A DNA stretch of 20,614 nt from an uncultured virus (IMG/VR IMGVR_UViG_3300022555_000035) (IMGVR_UViG_3300022555_000035); one strand, 5' to 3'. Counted from the first letter of the stretch, positions 1 through 9,269 are shown. A program made the numbers and translations. Notes: a model not told the origin generated them from the sequence alone.

Positions 1-11
1 TTACCAAGATA

Positions 12-3000
12 ATGGGAGAATATTCTGCTGGACAGTTTACAGAGATGTATACTGCTATTAAGAATGCTCTTGCAAATCCACAGTCTGCTTTAGGTAGTCT
101 ACAGGCACAGATAAATCAGGCAATGGGAATAAAAAATACCGCTGCAAATTCTCAGAAAATGATGATGGCTGGTCCTATACAGGCAATGAAAATGTCTGCT
201 ACTACTGGGTTAAAAGATATCATGGACCAGGTAATGACTACTACTCCTAAAGGATCTGCTGGGTATCCTGCACTAATGCGACAAGCAGAAGCCTATAGAG
301 ATACACTAACTAAAATTGCTAATATTAATAAAGAAGTATTCGGCGAGCATGCCACTGGTGCACAGGAGAAGACAAGAGGATTCTTCAGTTCTATGATTCG
401 TGCAGCTACTGCTTTAGGAGCTGCTTGGTATATGATTAGTCGTATACAAGTAGCATTCCAAAGTCTTGTAATGCCGGGATTGACATATGCAAGATTAATT
501 GAGACTACTAATGTAGGATTTGCTGCCATACTGATGTCAATGACTAAGTTGAATGGTCAGTCACTTACATGGGTTCAATCAATGAATATGGCCGCTGATT
601 TATCTAAAGAAGTGACAGATAATGCTCTTCGTTTTGGACTAGATGCAATTGAACTACAAAAGCTCATTCAAGGTGTCGTAGGTGCAGGTCTCGGTTCTAA
701 TATGTCACTCGAACAAATTATCAGATTATCTACAGTTGCAGCCTCTGCTATTAAGCAAATTGGATTACCTGATACACAGTTCATTCAAGAAGTTCGAGAT
801 ATGATGCAGGGCGGTATTCAGATACAGAGTTCCGTTCTTGCTACGCAGTTAGGTTTGACTGACGCGATTGTCAATCAGGCCCGTGCATCTGGAACGGTAT
901 TTGAAATGCTTATGGAACGGATGTCTGGTTTCGCTGCTGGACAATCTGCCGTATTTGATACTCTTGACGGAAAAGTAAACATGACTGTTGACGCTTTCAA
1001 ACGCCTTTCAGCTGAAGGCGTGGCTCCGTTGATTAATACGGCAAAGCCTGTGCTCGATTTCCTCTTGAAAGAAATGATTACAAACTTTGACGCTTTCAGA
1101 AAAGGTGCTTCTCCTGAATTCAATACTACTTTTATAACAAAAATGCAAGAGGCAATACGTACTTTTATAAAAGTATGTAGAGATGCTATTAATGTACTTG
1201 AAGTTCTATACAATGCTTTTAAAATAGTAAGTAAAGTATCAGATTGGTTACCTGGTTCTGGTACTTCTCAATTAGCAGCAGTACTTATTTACTGGTTCGG
1301 TATTAGGAAAATAATGGTAGCTCTTCCTGCAGCAGGTAAAGCAATTGTAGCAATGTATCAAGAAATTAAAGCGGCTGCATACGCTGCATCAATTGCACAA
1401 ACACTTGCTGGAGGAACTGCAACTACAGGTACTACTGCTGTTGCCGGTGCTGCTGTTGCCGGTGCTGCTTCTAGAGTAATATTAGGCTCCGCAGGCCAGG
1501 TAATAAGTACTGTAGCACCTGCAGCTGCCGCTGGTACTGGTATAGCAGGAGCACGTGCTCTTGTAGCCGGCGGAGGATTAGGTGCGGGCATATTAGCTGC
1601 TTTTGGCGGCGCTGCTGGTATTGCTAGTGTTGCTCTTCCAATAATATTAGCAGTAATTGCTACAGGCGCGATTGCATATTATTTAAGTAAGAGCGGTTAT
1701 GGTAGTGCTTTACCTACAGAAAAAGCTCCTTCTATAGCAAACTTTACTGCAATGCGTAAAAAGTATGATAGCCCTCTCGAAGGTGAAGATGCTGGAGAGA
1801 TTGGTAGTCTCTACGAAACCTATCAACGAGAGATAGTTCTTATTGATGACAAGCGTAAAGAACTGTTAGAGACGTTCCGCGTAGGTAATATTGATAAAGA
1901 AAAGCTCACCACCGAACTTACCGCCCTATATGAAAAAGAAGTTGCAATGGATATCGAGCGACAAAAAGTTGTTAAAGAGGCTCTCGAGAAGCAATTACTA
2001 GCTTTAGGTGCTCCTTTAGTCGCGTCGCCAGATCTTGATATCAGCGATATTATCAATAGAGGCGAATATGTTGGTAATGTTACTGTAGGAGAATCTGATG
2101 CTGTACAGGCAGTTAGAGCTAAGATTGAAGCAGTAACCGCTGAGATACAAGCACTGTTTAACATCGGTAAGTTAGCTAGAGATAAAGCAGCTACACTTGC
2201 TGGTATCGAAGCTAAAAATGCCACTGTTAAGCAACCAGAAATCGAAGCAATTCGGAAAGCAATTTCTGAGTATCACAGTAACCGTATTGACATGGAAGTA
2301 TCAATTGCAAAGAAGAGCAATGAGCTTATACTGCAACGGTTAGAAAGATTATACTCCGCTCGTGGTATTTCCTCAGCTGATTATGTAGCTAAGAAATTAG
2401 CAATTGAATTAGCTAATATTGATTTGGATATTGCAGCTGCGAGACAGAAGCAAGGACTCATTATTAATGAGATGAGATTGCTACTCAATAATATGGTTAC
2501 TACAGTACGTGATGCCATTAAAAATGCAAACACTGATGTAACTAAACAAAAAGTTAGAGCTACAAGCATGGGGGATTTGGTTGATCTTACACAGAAAAAT
2601 GTAGGTCAGTATAAAGTAGGTTGGATGCCAGGTAGATATAACGCACAAGAAGATGGCGTATATGGTCAAGTAAACAGCTCTATCCTGTTAGATTTTCAGC
2701 GGGTAATGAACTGGTTAAGTATTAATCAACCAGGACAAACAACAGTTACGAGTACTAATCGTACAGGAGATCCTGGTGCTCATGGCGGAGGATTAGCATT
2801 CGATCTTCAAAATGCTAGCTGGTATGGTAAAGAGGTCAGAGCAGGTTCACCTGAATGGGTTGAAGCACAGAAAATGATTAAAGCATTCACCGATATGGGT
2901 CTTACTGTATTGAATGAATTAAATCCCGAAGATGCACGTAAACAGTATAAAGATCCAGCAAATGCTCCTGCTTGGGGAGGAGCGCATTTAGATGTACGTG

Positions 3001-5069
3001 TAGATAATTGGGCAGAATTACTATCAATGCCTAAGACAGGATCTGCAGCACAATTTAACCAAGACGTATATGGCGCTCCTACAGCAGAGAAGGAAGCTGT
3101 TAAACAAGGTTTAATAGCAGTAGCAAAAGCAGGTTTAGGGGGCCCCATGTCGGCGGGTAATGGCATGGCACGTATTGATGCAGAAGTTGCTGCAGTAATG
3201 GCTAGACTAGGTATTAGGCCGAAAGAAGTTAGTCCTACAGTTGCTAATGTAACAGATAAATCAACAGGTATCAATAGGCTGATATTAGATCGTTTGTTAG
3301 CTCTTAACTCATTAGGATCTAATGCTTTGGGTATACAACAAATATCTGAAACATTGAATACGCAAGGAGCATTTGAAAAATTAGGGGAACAAATATTCAA
3401 TGCTGAAACACAAAAGACAATGGCTATTGAGAAGGCTTATTATGAGCTTATTGATAAACACATTGAAGATATTATGTCTACGCTTACTTTCCTGGACAAA
3501 GCAGAAAAAGCATCGCCTACTCCTATTAAAGCTTCTGAGTATAAAGCCATATCTGCTCCTTCTCAGGCAGATTTCGAGCGTTGGGCAAATCTACAGAAAA
3601 CTAAACCTATTGAGGCATATCCGGAAATACTTGCGGAATTGGTTAAGAAATATGAACTTGAGGCAAAAAGCAATCCAGAGGCTAGAGCGGTACTTCGTAC
3701 AATTCTAGACTTCATCAAAGAGAATAGGCAGCAACTTACTGAAGGGGGCCCCAGTGCGTTAAAAGGCTTTACTACCGTATCACAAAATGCTGCAGCTACT
3801 GCTAATGTTACTAGTGCTATAACAACTGCTGAAACATCCGCAGCTGCTTTGGAAAAGGGTACTAATGAAGTATTACGTAAGAGTTATGGAAAATCTTTTG
3901 CACAGCTTAAAGCTGAGTTAGATAAAGTATTTGCCAACGATGAATATGCTGCTACTATCAGAGTATTAGAAAATGCAATGACTAATCTACTGACGGTAGC
4001 GGGTAAGACTATCAATGACAAAGAATACATCGCGTTACAGAAGACACTGGAAGAAACTAAGAACAAGGTAAATGATCTCAAAATAAGTTCTCTGGAAATG
4101 TTTGTTGCAATGGCTAAAGGTGATTACTCATTAGCCGAAGCTAATCGTAAACTGAAGAACTGGAAAGGCGGGCCTACTGGGGGCAATGCAGTAGATAATG
4201 CACAGAGACAAAAAGATGCACAACCGCAACTGCAAACATGGCAAGCACAATGGGAATCACAACAAACGCAGCTAAATCAAGAGAATGCTTCTCCTAATAG
4301 AGATATAAGCAAAGTAATCGCACTCACCAATGCCATTGCAACTCTCAAGGGACAATACGCTGATTTGAACAAGGAAGTCAGCGGATTCTCCATATCAGGA
4401 GCTGCGTGGATTAATACAGCAGGGTTACATGAAGTAATGGCTACTAGTATGGCAGATTCTTTCATGAGTATCATTGATGGTTCTAAATCCGTAGTAGAGG
4501 CCTTTAAATCAATGGCACTAAATGTGGTTAAATATATTCTCCAAATGATGCTGCAGGAGCTGGCCTGGAAAGCAACTTCTTCTATTCTGAAGGGAATAGG
4601 ATTTGGTGGAGGAGCTACTGCTTCTAGTGGTAAAGGATCCTTCCTTCAGGGTAATACTTCTGGTGGTATATCTGGTATTTTTGGACAGTATGCTGAAGGT
4701 GGTTTAATCAAAGGTCCAGGTACAGGTACTAGCGATTCCATATTAGCACGAGTAGCCAATGGAGAGTTTATTGTAAGAGCAGCATCTGTTGATACTTACG
4801 GAGTAGATTTCTTCCAACGTCTGAATAAAGGATTGATTCTTTCTAATAAATTGCCACGCTTTGCTGACGGCGGATTAGTGACATCACAGTCGCAAACAGC
4901 CAATCTCTTCCAGGCGAACGGCGCATCTTCTGCTCCTGCTTCTACAAGCAATTCCCCGTCGATAGTAATGCATATACACACTCAAAACGCAGAATCTTTC
5001 CGACAAAGTAAAGGACAGATTACAGCAGATATGACCAGAGCCTTGATGCAAGGAAGGAGAAATATGTAA
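12..5069 (+). CDS. Phage tail tape measure protein, probably 5'-truncated by the window edge, with an internal M15-like peptidase domain
   Basis: 1685-aa Ala-rich helical ORF with hydrophobic segments. C-terminal motifs YAEGGLIKGPGTGTSDSILARVANGEFIV..FADGGLV and AESFRQSKGQI..GRRNM are typical of TMPs upstream of DUF2460 genes. The frame is open from base 3 (ACC AAG ATA ATG), so the true start is likely upstream. Confidence 0.93.
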   Translation: MGEYSAGQFTEMYTAIKNALANPQSALGSLQAQINQAMGIKNTAANSQKMMMAGPIQAMKMSATTGLKDIMDQVMTTTPKGSAGYPALMRQAEAYRDTLTKIANINKEVFGEHATGAQEKTRGFFSSMIRAATALGAAWYMISRIQVAFQSLVMPGLTYARLIETTNVGFAAILMSMTKLNGQSLTWVQSMNMAADLSKEVTDNALRFGLDAIELQKLIQGVVGAGLGSNMSLEQIIRLSTVAASAIKQIGLPDTQFIQEVRDMMQGGIQIQSSVLATQLGLTDAIVNQARASGTVFEMLMERMSGFAAGQSAVFDTLDGKVNMTVDAFKRLSAEGVAPLINTAKPVLDFLLKEMITNFDAFRKGASPEFNTTFITKMQEAIRTFIKVCRDAINVLEVLYNAFKIVSKVSDWLPGSGTSQLAAVLIYWFGIRKIMVALPAAGKAIVAMYQEIKAAAYAASIAQTLAGGTATTGTTAVAGAAVAGAASRVILGSAGQVISTVAPAAAAGTGIAGARALVAGGGLGAGILAAFGGAAGIASVALPIILAVIATGAIAYYLSKSGYGSALPTEKAPSIANFTAMRKKYDSPLEGEDAGEIGSLYETYQREIVLIDDKRKELLETFRVGNIDKEKLTTELTALYEKEVAMDIERQKVVKEALEKQLLALGAPLVASPDLDISDIINRGEYVGNVTVGESDAVQAVRAKIEAVTAEIQALFNIGKLARDKAATLAGIEAKNATVKQPEIEAIRKAISEYHSNRIDMEVSIAKKSNELILQRLERLYSARGISSADYVAKKLAIELANIDLDIAAARQKQGLIINEMRLLLNNMVTTVRDAIKNANTDVTKQKVRATSMGDLVDLTQKNVGQYKVGWMPGRYNAQEDGVYGQVNSSILLDFQRVMNWLSINQPGQTTVTSTNRTGDPGAHGGGLAFDLQNASWYGKEVRAGSPEWVEAQKMIKAFTDMGLTVLNELNPEDARKQYKDPANAPAWGGAHLDVRVDNWAELLSMPKTGSAAQFNQDVYGAPTAEKEAVKQGLIAVAKAGLGGPMSAGNGMARIDAEVAAVMARLGIRPKEVSPTVANVTDKSTGINRLILDRLLALNSLGSNALGIQQISETLNTQGAFEKLGEQIFNAETQKTMAIEKAYYELIDKHIEDIMSTLTFLDKAEKASPTPIKASEYKAISAPSQADFERWANLQKTKPIEAYPEILAELVKKYELEAKSNPEARAVLRTILDFIKENRQQLTEGGPSALKGFTTVSQNAAATANVTSAITTAETSAAALEKGTNEVLRKSYGKSFAQLKAELDKVFANDEYAATIRVLENAMTNLLTVAGKTINDKEYIALQKTLEETKNKVNDLKISSLEMFVAMAKGDYSLAEANRKLKNWKGGPTGGNAVDNAQRQKDAQPQLQTWQAQWESQQTQLNQENASPNRDISKVIALTNAIATLKGQYADLNKEVSGFSISGAAWINTAGLHEVMATSMADSFMSIIDGSKSVVEAFKSMALNVVKYILQMMLQELAWKATSSILKGIGFGGGATASSGKGSFLQGNTSGGISGIFGQYAEGGLIKGPGTGTSDSILARVANGEFIVRAASVDTYGVDFFQRLNKGLILSNKLPRFADGGLVTSQSQTANLFQANGASSAPASTSNSPSIVMHIHTQNAESFRQSKGQITADMTRALMQGRRNM

Positions 5070-5683
5070 TGGCTACTGTACTAGGATTCCATGACGTACA
5101 ATTTCCTAAAGAACTATCCTGGGGCGCTATTGGCGGTCCAGGATATAGTACAGGAATAGTTAAAACTGTTACGGGAGGAGAATCTCGTTTACCTATCTGG
5201 GCACAGGCTCGTTGTTCGTATCAAGTAGCACACACTATAAAAAGTCAAGCAGAGATGGATATACTACGTAATTTCTTCTTGGCACGAAAAGGTAAAGCGT
5301 ATGGTTTTCGTTTTCATGATTGGATGGATTATAGTGTAAAAGGGCAGTACTTGTTTACAGGACCAGATATTCAAGGACAACTAGTCAAGACATATATTGA
5401 CGACAATGGTTATACTGATACTCGAATTATTAGTCGTCCGATAATGGATACTATCGTATTATATGTCAATTCTGTAAAAGTAGCTACAGGTAGTGTATAT
5501 TATATTAACTCTAATGGATTAATTACTTTAGGGTTTGAAATTCTCGATGGCGATATTATATCAGCCGACTTTGAATTTGATGTACCTGTACGATTCAATA
5601 TGGATAACATGGATATTGTGGTTGAAGATTTCGATTGTTTCTCTTGGAATGGTATTACTCTTATTGAAGTAAGAGAGGTATAA
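5069..5683 (+). CDS. DUF2460 (TIGR02217-like) distal tail protein, copy 1
   Basis: Motifs FHDVQFP..GGPGYST, FFLARKGKAYGFRFHDWMD, FEFDVPVRF, ITLIEVR. TAATG overlap with the TMP stop. Confidence 0.9.
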   Translation: MATVLGFHDVQFPKELSWGAIGGPGYSTGIVKTVTGGESRLPIWAQARCSYQVAHTIKSQAEMDILRNFFLARKGKAYGFRFHDWMDYSVKGQYLFTGPDIQGQLVKTYIDDNGYTDTRIISRPIMDTIVLYVNSVKVATGSVYYINSNGLITLGFEILDGDIISADFEFDVPVRFNMDNMDIVVEDFDCFSWNGITLIEVREV

Positions 5684-5687
5684 CATT

Positions 5688-7373
5688 ATGATAATGGATA
5701 CTATTATACCCGATGTTGATGTTGAAGCATTACCTTTTCATGAAGCATTATTTCCTGCAGCAATATCTAAAGGAGTTTCAGGAGGACCACGTTTCAATAC
5801 TGGTATAGTTTGTGTAAGTTCTGGTAATGAGCAAAGAACACAAAATTGGGCAGATCCTGTTTACGCATTTAATGTCACACATGCAGTAAAAAGTCAAGCA
5901 CAATTAAATATGCTAATTGCTTTTTTCAGGTTAAGAAAAGGTAAGGCAACGGGTTTTCGTTTTCGAGATTTTACCGATTACAAAATTACTGGTGGCTGGT
6001 TGATGACAGGTGACGCTGCTACAAATATGAACGGCTTACAAATTGCAAAATATTATATTGATATCAATACTGCTTATTATACGAAGCGTATAATAAAGAA
6101 ACCTGTAGCAGGTACTGTAGTATTATATCTTGACGGAGTAGTAGCAGGTGCACAGTATTACACAGTAGACTATACTACAGGTAAAATAACAGCAGATTAT
6201 ATACCTACAGTAGGAGAGATAATATCTATTGATTGTGAATTTGATGTACCTGTCAGATTTGATATTGATGAGATGCCTGCCTCTATTGATGATTGGGATT
6301 CCTATTCCTGGAGCGGCATTACGCTGAATGAAGTAAAATTAGCTGACCCGTCCGCAGGTTCCGGTAATACTAATACCGGTGTATTGTTGTTTTTAGAGCA
6401 GCGGACTGTTGAAATTGAGTCCGATGGCTACTATGAAGAGATACAGCAGTTTTGGCTGGTGACTCGCAGTTTTACATCAAGCTTAACAACTGAAGTTCAA
6501 ATCACGCCGCCTTATAGTTCACCAACGGATTATCCATATCAAGTAACTTTTTTTGTCGCGGAGGGGAACGATTATTTCATTTTGTGGAGTGGCGAAATAC
6601 TGGAGCATAACGGCGTTCGCACAAATGTAGAAGCAGATGCGTATTATCAGGTTGTGCAGGATGCGAAGATTGAAAACGGCGAAGTTGCGTGGTGGGTATT
6701 AATACAAGGCACGGGTTATTATAACAACTCTACACAACACCGGCCTTGGGTTGTCAAGCTGCTTTGTTTCCACAATACACAGCTTTTTAGAACGGTGGAT
6801 TATTCTGCTCAAATGGACGCGCTGGCACTTCCGGGTTACGTGGCCACACTAACCAACATCTCGCCGCAACGGTGGACAAACACAATATATCTGACGGGCG
6901 ACCAGTACAACGATTATTCAGCAGCGGACATCGTTATCAGACAGGGATATTGGATGCGTAGTTTGTTAGGGGAATGGCTGTATGTTAGAAATAAAATTCG
7001 AAATTCGCAGACAGGAGAGTATACTGAATCAAGCATTAATGCCTTCCCGACTAAAACGAGAACACTTGTTAACGACATCACAATAACGCAGGTATTCAAA
7101 GCTCGCTCAGATGGATGGGGGGGAGAATGGATATATACCGAATACGGGATAGAAATTGGCCAAAGTACGTTTGCAGTCCCGGATGGAAATACAGGGTATA
7201 ACAGCGGCTGTACCGTGTTTGGTAGCGGGAATGGCAAAGCGTGGGCAATTAATCCGGAAGATGGTACGTGGGAACTTTATACGCCGGGCAAAAATATACA
7301 ATCTGGTACGTTTGCGCCATGCTTGAATAGAACCGCTTATCTTTACACGGGCACTTTACCCGCATTACGCTGA
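5688..7373 (+). CDS. DUF2460 distal tail protein, copy 2, with a 341-aa C-terminal inserted extension
   Basis: Residues 1-220 carry FHEALFP..GGPRFNT, FFRLRKGKATGFRFRDFTD, EFDVPVRFD, ITLNEVK. Residues 221-561 are an unrelated aromatic/beta-rich region lying between 32-bp direct repeats. Confidence 0.88.
   Translation: MIMDTIIPDVDVEALPFHEALFPAAISKGVSGGPRFNTGIVCVSSGNEQRTQNWADPVYAFNVTHAVKSQAQLNMLIAFFRLRKGKATGFRFRDFTDYKITGGWLMTGDAATNMNGLQIAKYYIDINTAYYTKRIIKKPVAGTVVLYLDGVVAGAQYYTVDYTTGKITADYIPTVGEIISIDCEFDVPVRFDIDEMPASIDDWDSYSWSGITLNEVKLADPSAGSGNTNTGVLLFLEQRTVEIESDGYYEEIQQFWLVTRSFTSSLTTEVQITPPYSSPTDYPYQVTFFVAEGNDYFILWSGEILEHNGVRTNVEADAYYQVVQDAKIENGEVAWWVLIQGTGYYNNSTQHRPWVVKLLCFHNTQLFRTVDYSAQMDALALPGYVATLTNISPQRWTNTIYLTGDQYNDYSAADIVIRQGYWMRSLLGEWLYVRNKIRNSQTGEYTESSINAFPTKTRTLVNDITITQVFKARSDGWGGEWIYTEYGIEIGQSTFAVPDGNTGYNSGCTVFGSGNGKAWAINPEDGTWELYTPGKNIQSGTFAPCLNRTAYLYTGTLPALR
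6316..6347 (+). repeat. 32-bp perfect direct repeat, left copy (GCATTACGCTGAATGAAGTAAAATTAGCTGAC)
   Basis: Identical to 7362-7393; encodes ITLNEVKLAD, the end of the DUF2460 domain. Confidence 0.97.
6348..6372 (+). repeat. 25-bp perfect direct repeat, copy 1 (CCGTCCGCAGGTTCCGGTAATACTA)
   Basis: Identical to 8242-8266; both copies read PSAGSGNT in frame. Directly abuts the 32-bp repeat. Confidence 0.97.
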
Positions 7374-7393
7374 ATGAAGTAAAATTAGCTGAC
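7362..7393 (+). repeat. 32-bp perfect direct repeat, right copy, followed by TAA
   Basis: Identical to 6316-6347. Followed by TAA (7394-7396) and the GGAGG RBS (7401-7405) of the hub gene. Confidence 0.97.
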
Positions 7394-7413
7394 TAATGTA
7401 GGAGGAGAGATTT

Positions 7414-8835
7414 ATGCCTGCTGTTACTGCTAAAGAATGGCTCAATGATCCAGTAGTGCACCCTGCATGGTGCTGGTATTTGAAATTGACAGATGGTACT
7501 GAAATGGGATTTACTAGCCATGACAAAAATATAACATACAACAATGTGTTATATGAAGCTGCGACAGGTTTCGTACCCTCAGCAGTAGAAACAAGTAATA
7601 ATATGGCAGTAGATAATTTAGAAGTACAAGGGTTCCTTAACAGTGATAGAATTACTTCTCATGATCTAATGTCCGGTCGTTATGATATGGCAGAAGTTTG
7701 GGTATATATTCTTAATTGGGCAGATTTAGGTAAGCTGCCTTTGATTGTACGACGCGGTATGCTAGGAGAAGTAAAACACAGTAAGCAATCATTCACTGCG
7801 GATTTGCGCGGGCTCCTGGACGCGTATCAGGCTAAAGCAGGTAAGATTTATCAAAAGATATGCAGAGCGCATTTTGGCGATAGTAAGTGTCAGGCAGATG
7901 TTACTGCATATACTGCTTCTAGTTCAGTGTCTGAGATATATACTGACGGAAATATTGAGACTTACTTGTCACAAGCTACTACGTTTTTTAACTATGGTAT
8001 ACTTACCTGGACATCAGGAAAAAACAATGGACTAAAAATAGAAGTAAAATATTATACGCTAACTACTTCTGGAGGAATAATTCAGCCGTTCACGCCCCCC
8101 ATTTGGGTTCCAGCTGTAGGCGACACTTTTACAGTGATTGCCGGATGTGATGGTAATTTTACTACTTGTCAAGCAAGGGGAAATTATATAAATTTCAGAG
8201 CAGAACCCTATGTACCAGGTAACGACTATATGACCTCATATCCGTCCGCAGGTTCCGGTAATACTACTACTAATACTTCTGGTACAAGTGCTGTAACTTA
8301 TCCCTTAATATCTAGTACAGGCGGAGCTAATACTTACTCATATACTGATACGAATGGTGTTATACAACATACTGATCAAACCTGTACAGTAGTTACTATA
8401 CAAATAGCAGCAGCTGTTGTAACAGATCCTACAAAATTGGCCTATATTATATGGGTACCTTCTTTGACATATTTTTTAGAGGGAGGGCAACAATATACTA
8501 TGGGACTAAATAATTCTTATATAGGATCAAGTAATGTACTTGCATCAGTTAATATAGGAGCGGCAGAATCAGAAGCTACAAGTACGTGGCAGCATTGCTC
8601 AACTACTGGTGCTTGGACTAAAGTACAAATTTATGGTGCTGATTACTGGCAAGCACCTGCAAGGACATTACTGACTGATCAGCCTTTAAATAGTACTTTT
8701 CAGATTGTTTGTAGAGCAGGTGAGGGTATTGATGCTGCTAATGTAATTTTAATATTTGGGGCTCTTGGTTCGATGTGTGATTGTGTTAGACCTCCTGCTG
8801 CTAATAATAATAATAATGATGGAGGTAATCAATAA
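7414..8835 (+). CDS. DUF2163 / phage BR0599-family tail hub protein with a ~197-aa C-terminal extension
   Basis: Motifs DGTEMGFTSHD, AVDNLEVQG, GRYDMAEV, CRAHFGDSKC, GDTFTVIAGCDGNFTTC..NFRAEPYVPGND, including the conserved Cys set. GGAGG RBS. Canonical position between DUF2460 and NlpC/P60. Confidence 0.9.
   Translation: MPAVTAKEWLNDPVVHPAWCWYLKLTDGTEMGFTSHDKNITYNNVLYEAATGFVPSAVETSNNMAVDNLEVQGFLNSDRITSHDLMSGRYDMAEVWVYILNWADLGKLPLIVRRGMLGEVKHSKQSFTADLRGLLDAYQAKAGKIYQKICRAHFGDSKCQADVTAYTASSSVSEIYTDGNIETYLSQATTFFNYGILTWTSGKNNGLKIEVKYYTLTTSGGIIQPFTPPIWVPAVGDTFTVIAGCDGNFTTCQARGNYINFRAEPYVPGNDYMTSYPSAGSGNTTTNTSGTSAVTYPLISSTGGANTYSYTDTNGVIQHTDQTCTVVTIQIAAAVVTDPTKLAYIIWVPSLTYFLEGGQQYTMGLNNSYIGSSNVLASVNIGAAESEATSTWQHCSTTGAWTKVQIYGADYWQAPARTLLTDQPLNSTFQIVCRAGEGIDAANVILIFGALGSMCDCVRPPAANNNNNDGGNQ
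8242..8266 (+). repeat. 25-bp perfect direct repeat, copy 2
   Basis: Identical to 6348-6372; sits exactly where the BR0599 core ends. Confidence 0.97.
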
Positions 8836-9269
8836 TGATTACAAGGCAAGCTATTATAAATGAAGCCCGTACATGGATAGGTACTAAATGGCAGCATCAG
8901 GCCAGTCTCAAAGGGGTAGCTTGTGATTGTGTAGGATTACTTCGCGGTACTTTAGGTAATCTTACAGGAGAAAAATACATTGAAAATGTAGATTATCCGG
9001 CTACATGGCATCTTTTCAAAAAAGAAGAACAGCTGTATAATAACATGGCAATGTATACCAAAGAAATACCTAAAGAGGAAATGCTCCCAGGAGATCTTAT
9101 CTTGTTTGGTTTCGGTAAAGGTCCTGCACATCATTGTGGGATACTTGCTACTCCTACGACGTTTATTCATTCGTGGGCAGATATTGGTAAGGTAGTCGAG
9201 ACTCGTTTGGATGATTTTTGGACGAAGCATATTCGTAAAGTTATGCGGCATCCGGAGGTAATTGATTAA
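8835..9269 (+). CDS. Phage NlpC/P60-family cell wall peptidase / tail assembly protein
   Basis: EARTWIGTKWQHQ..GVACDCVGLLRG (catalytic Cys), PGDLILF, HCGI (His), FIHS. TAATG coupling to both neighbours. Confidence 0.93.
   Translation: MITRQAIINEARTWIGTKWQHQASLKGVACDCVGLLRGTLGNLTGEKYIENVDYPATWHLFKKEEQLYNNMAMYTKEIPKEEMLPGDLILFGFGKGPAHHCGILATPTTFIHSWADIGKVVETRLDDFWTKHIRKVMRHPEVID

Noticed and set aside
1435..1469. 15-bp tandem repeat in the TMP (AVAGA x2)
   Set aside because: Simple in-frame slippage in a low-complexity Ala/Gly segment.
6316..8266. Repeats as invertase/shufflon sites or an IS
   Set aside because: The repeats are direct, not inverted. No recombinase or transposase ORF and no terminal inverted repeats were seen in the window.
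8776..8932. 11-bp repeat TGTGATTGTGT (CDCV) at the hub end and in the NlpC/P60 active site
   Set aside because: Short enough to be expected by chance in an AT-rich 20-kb window.
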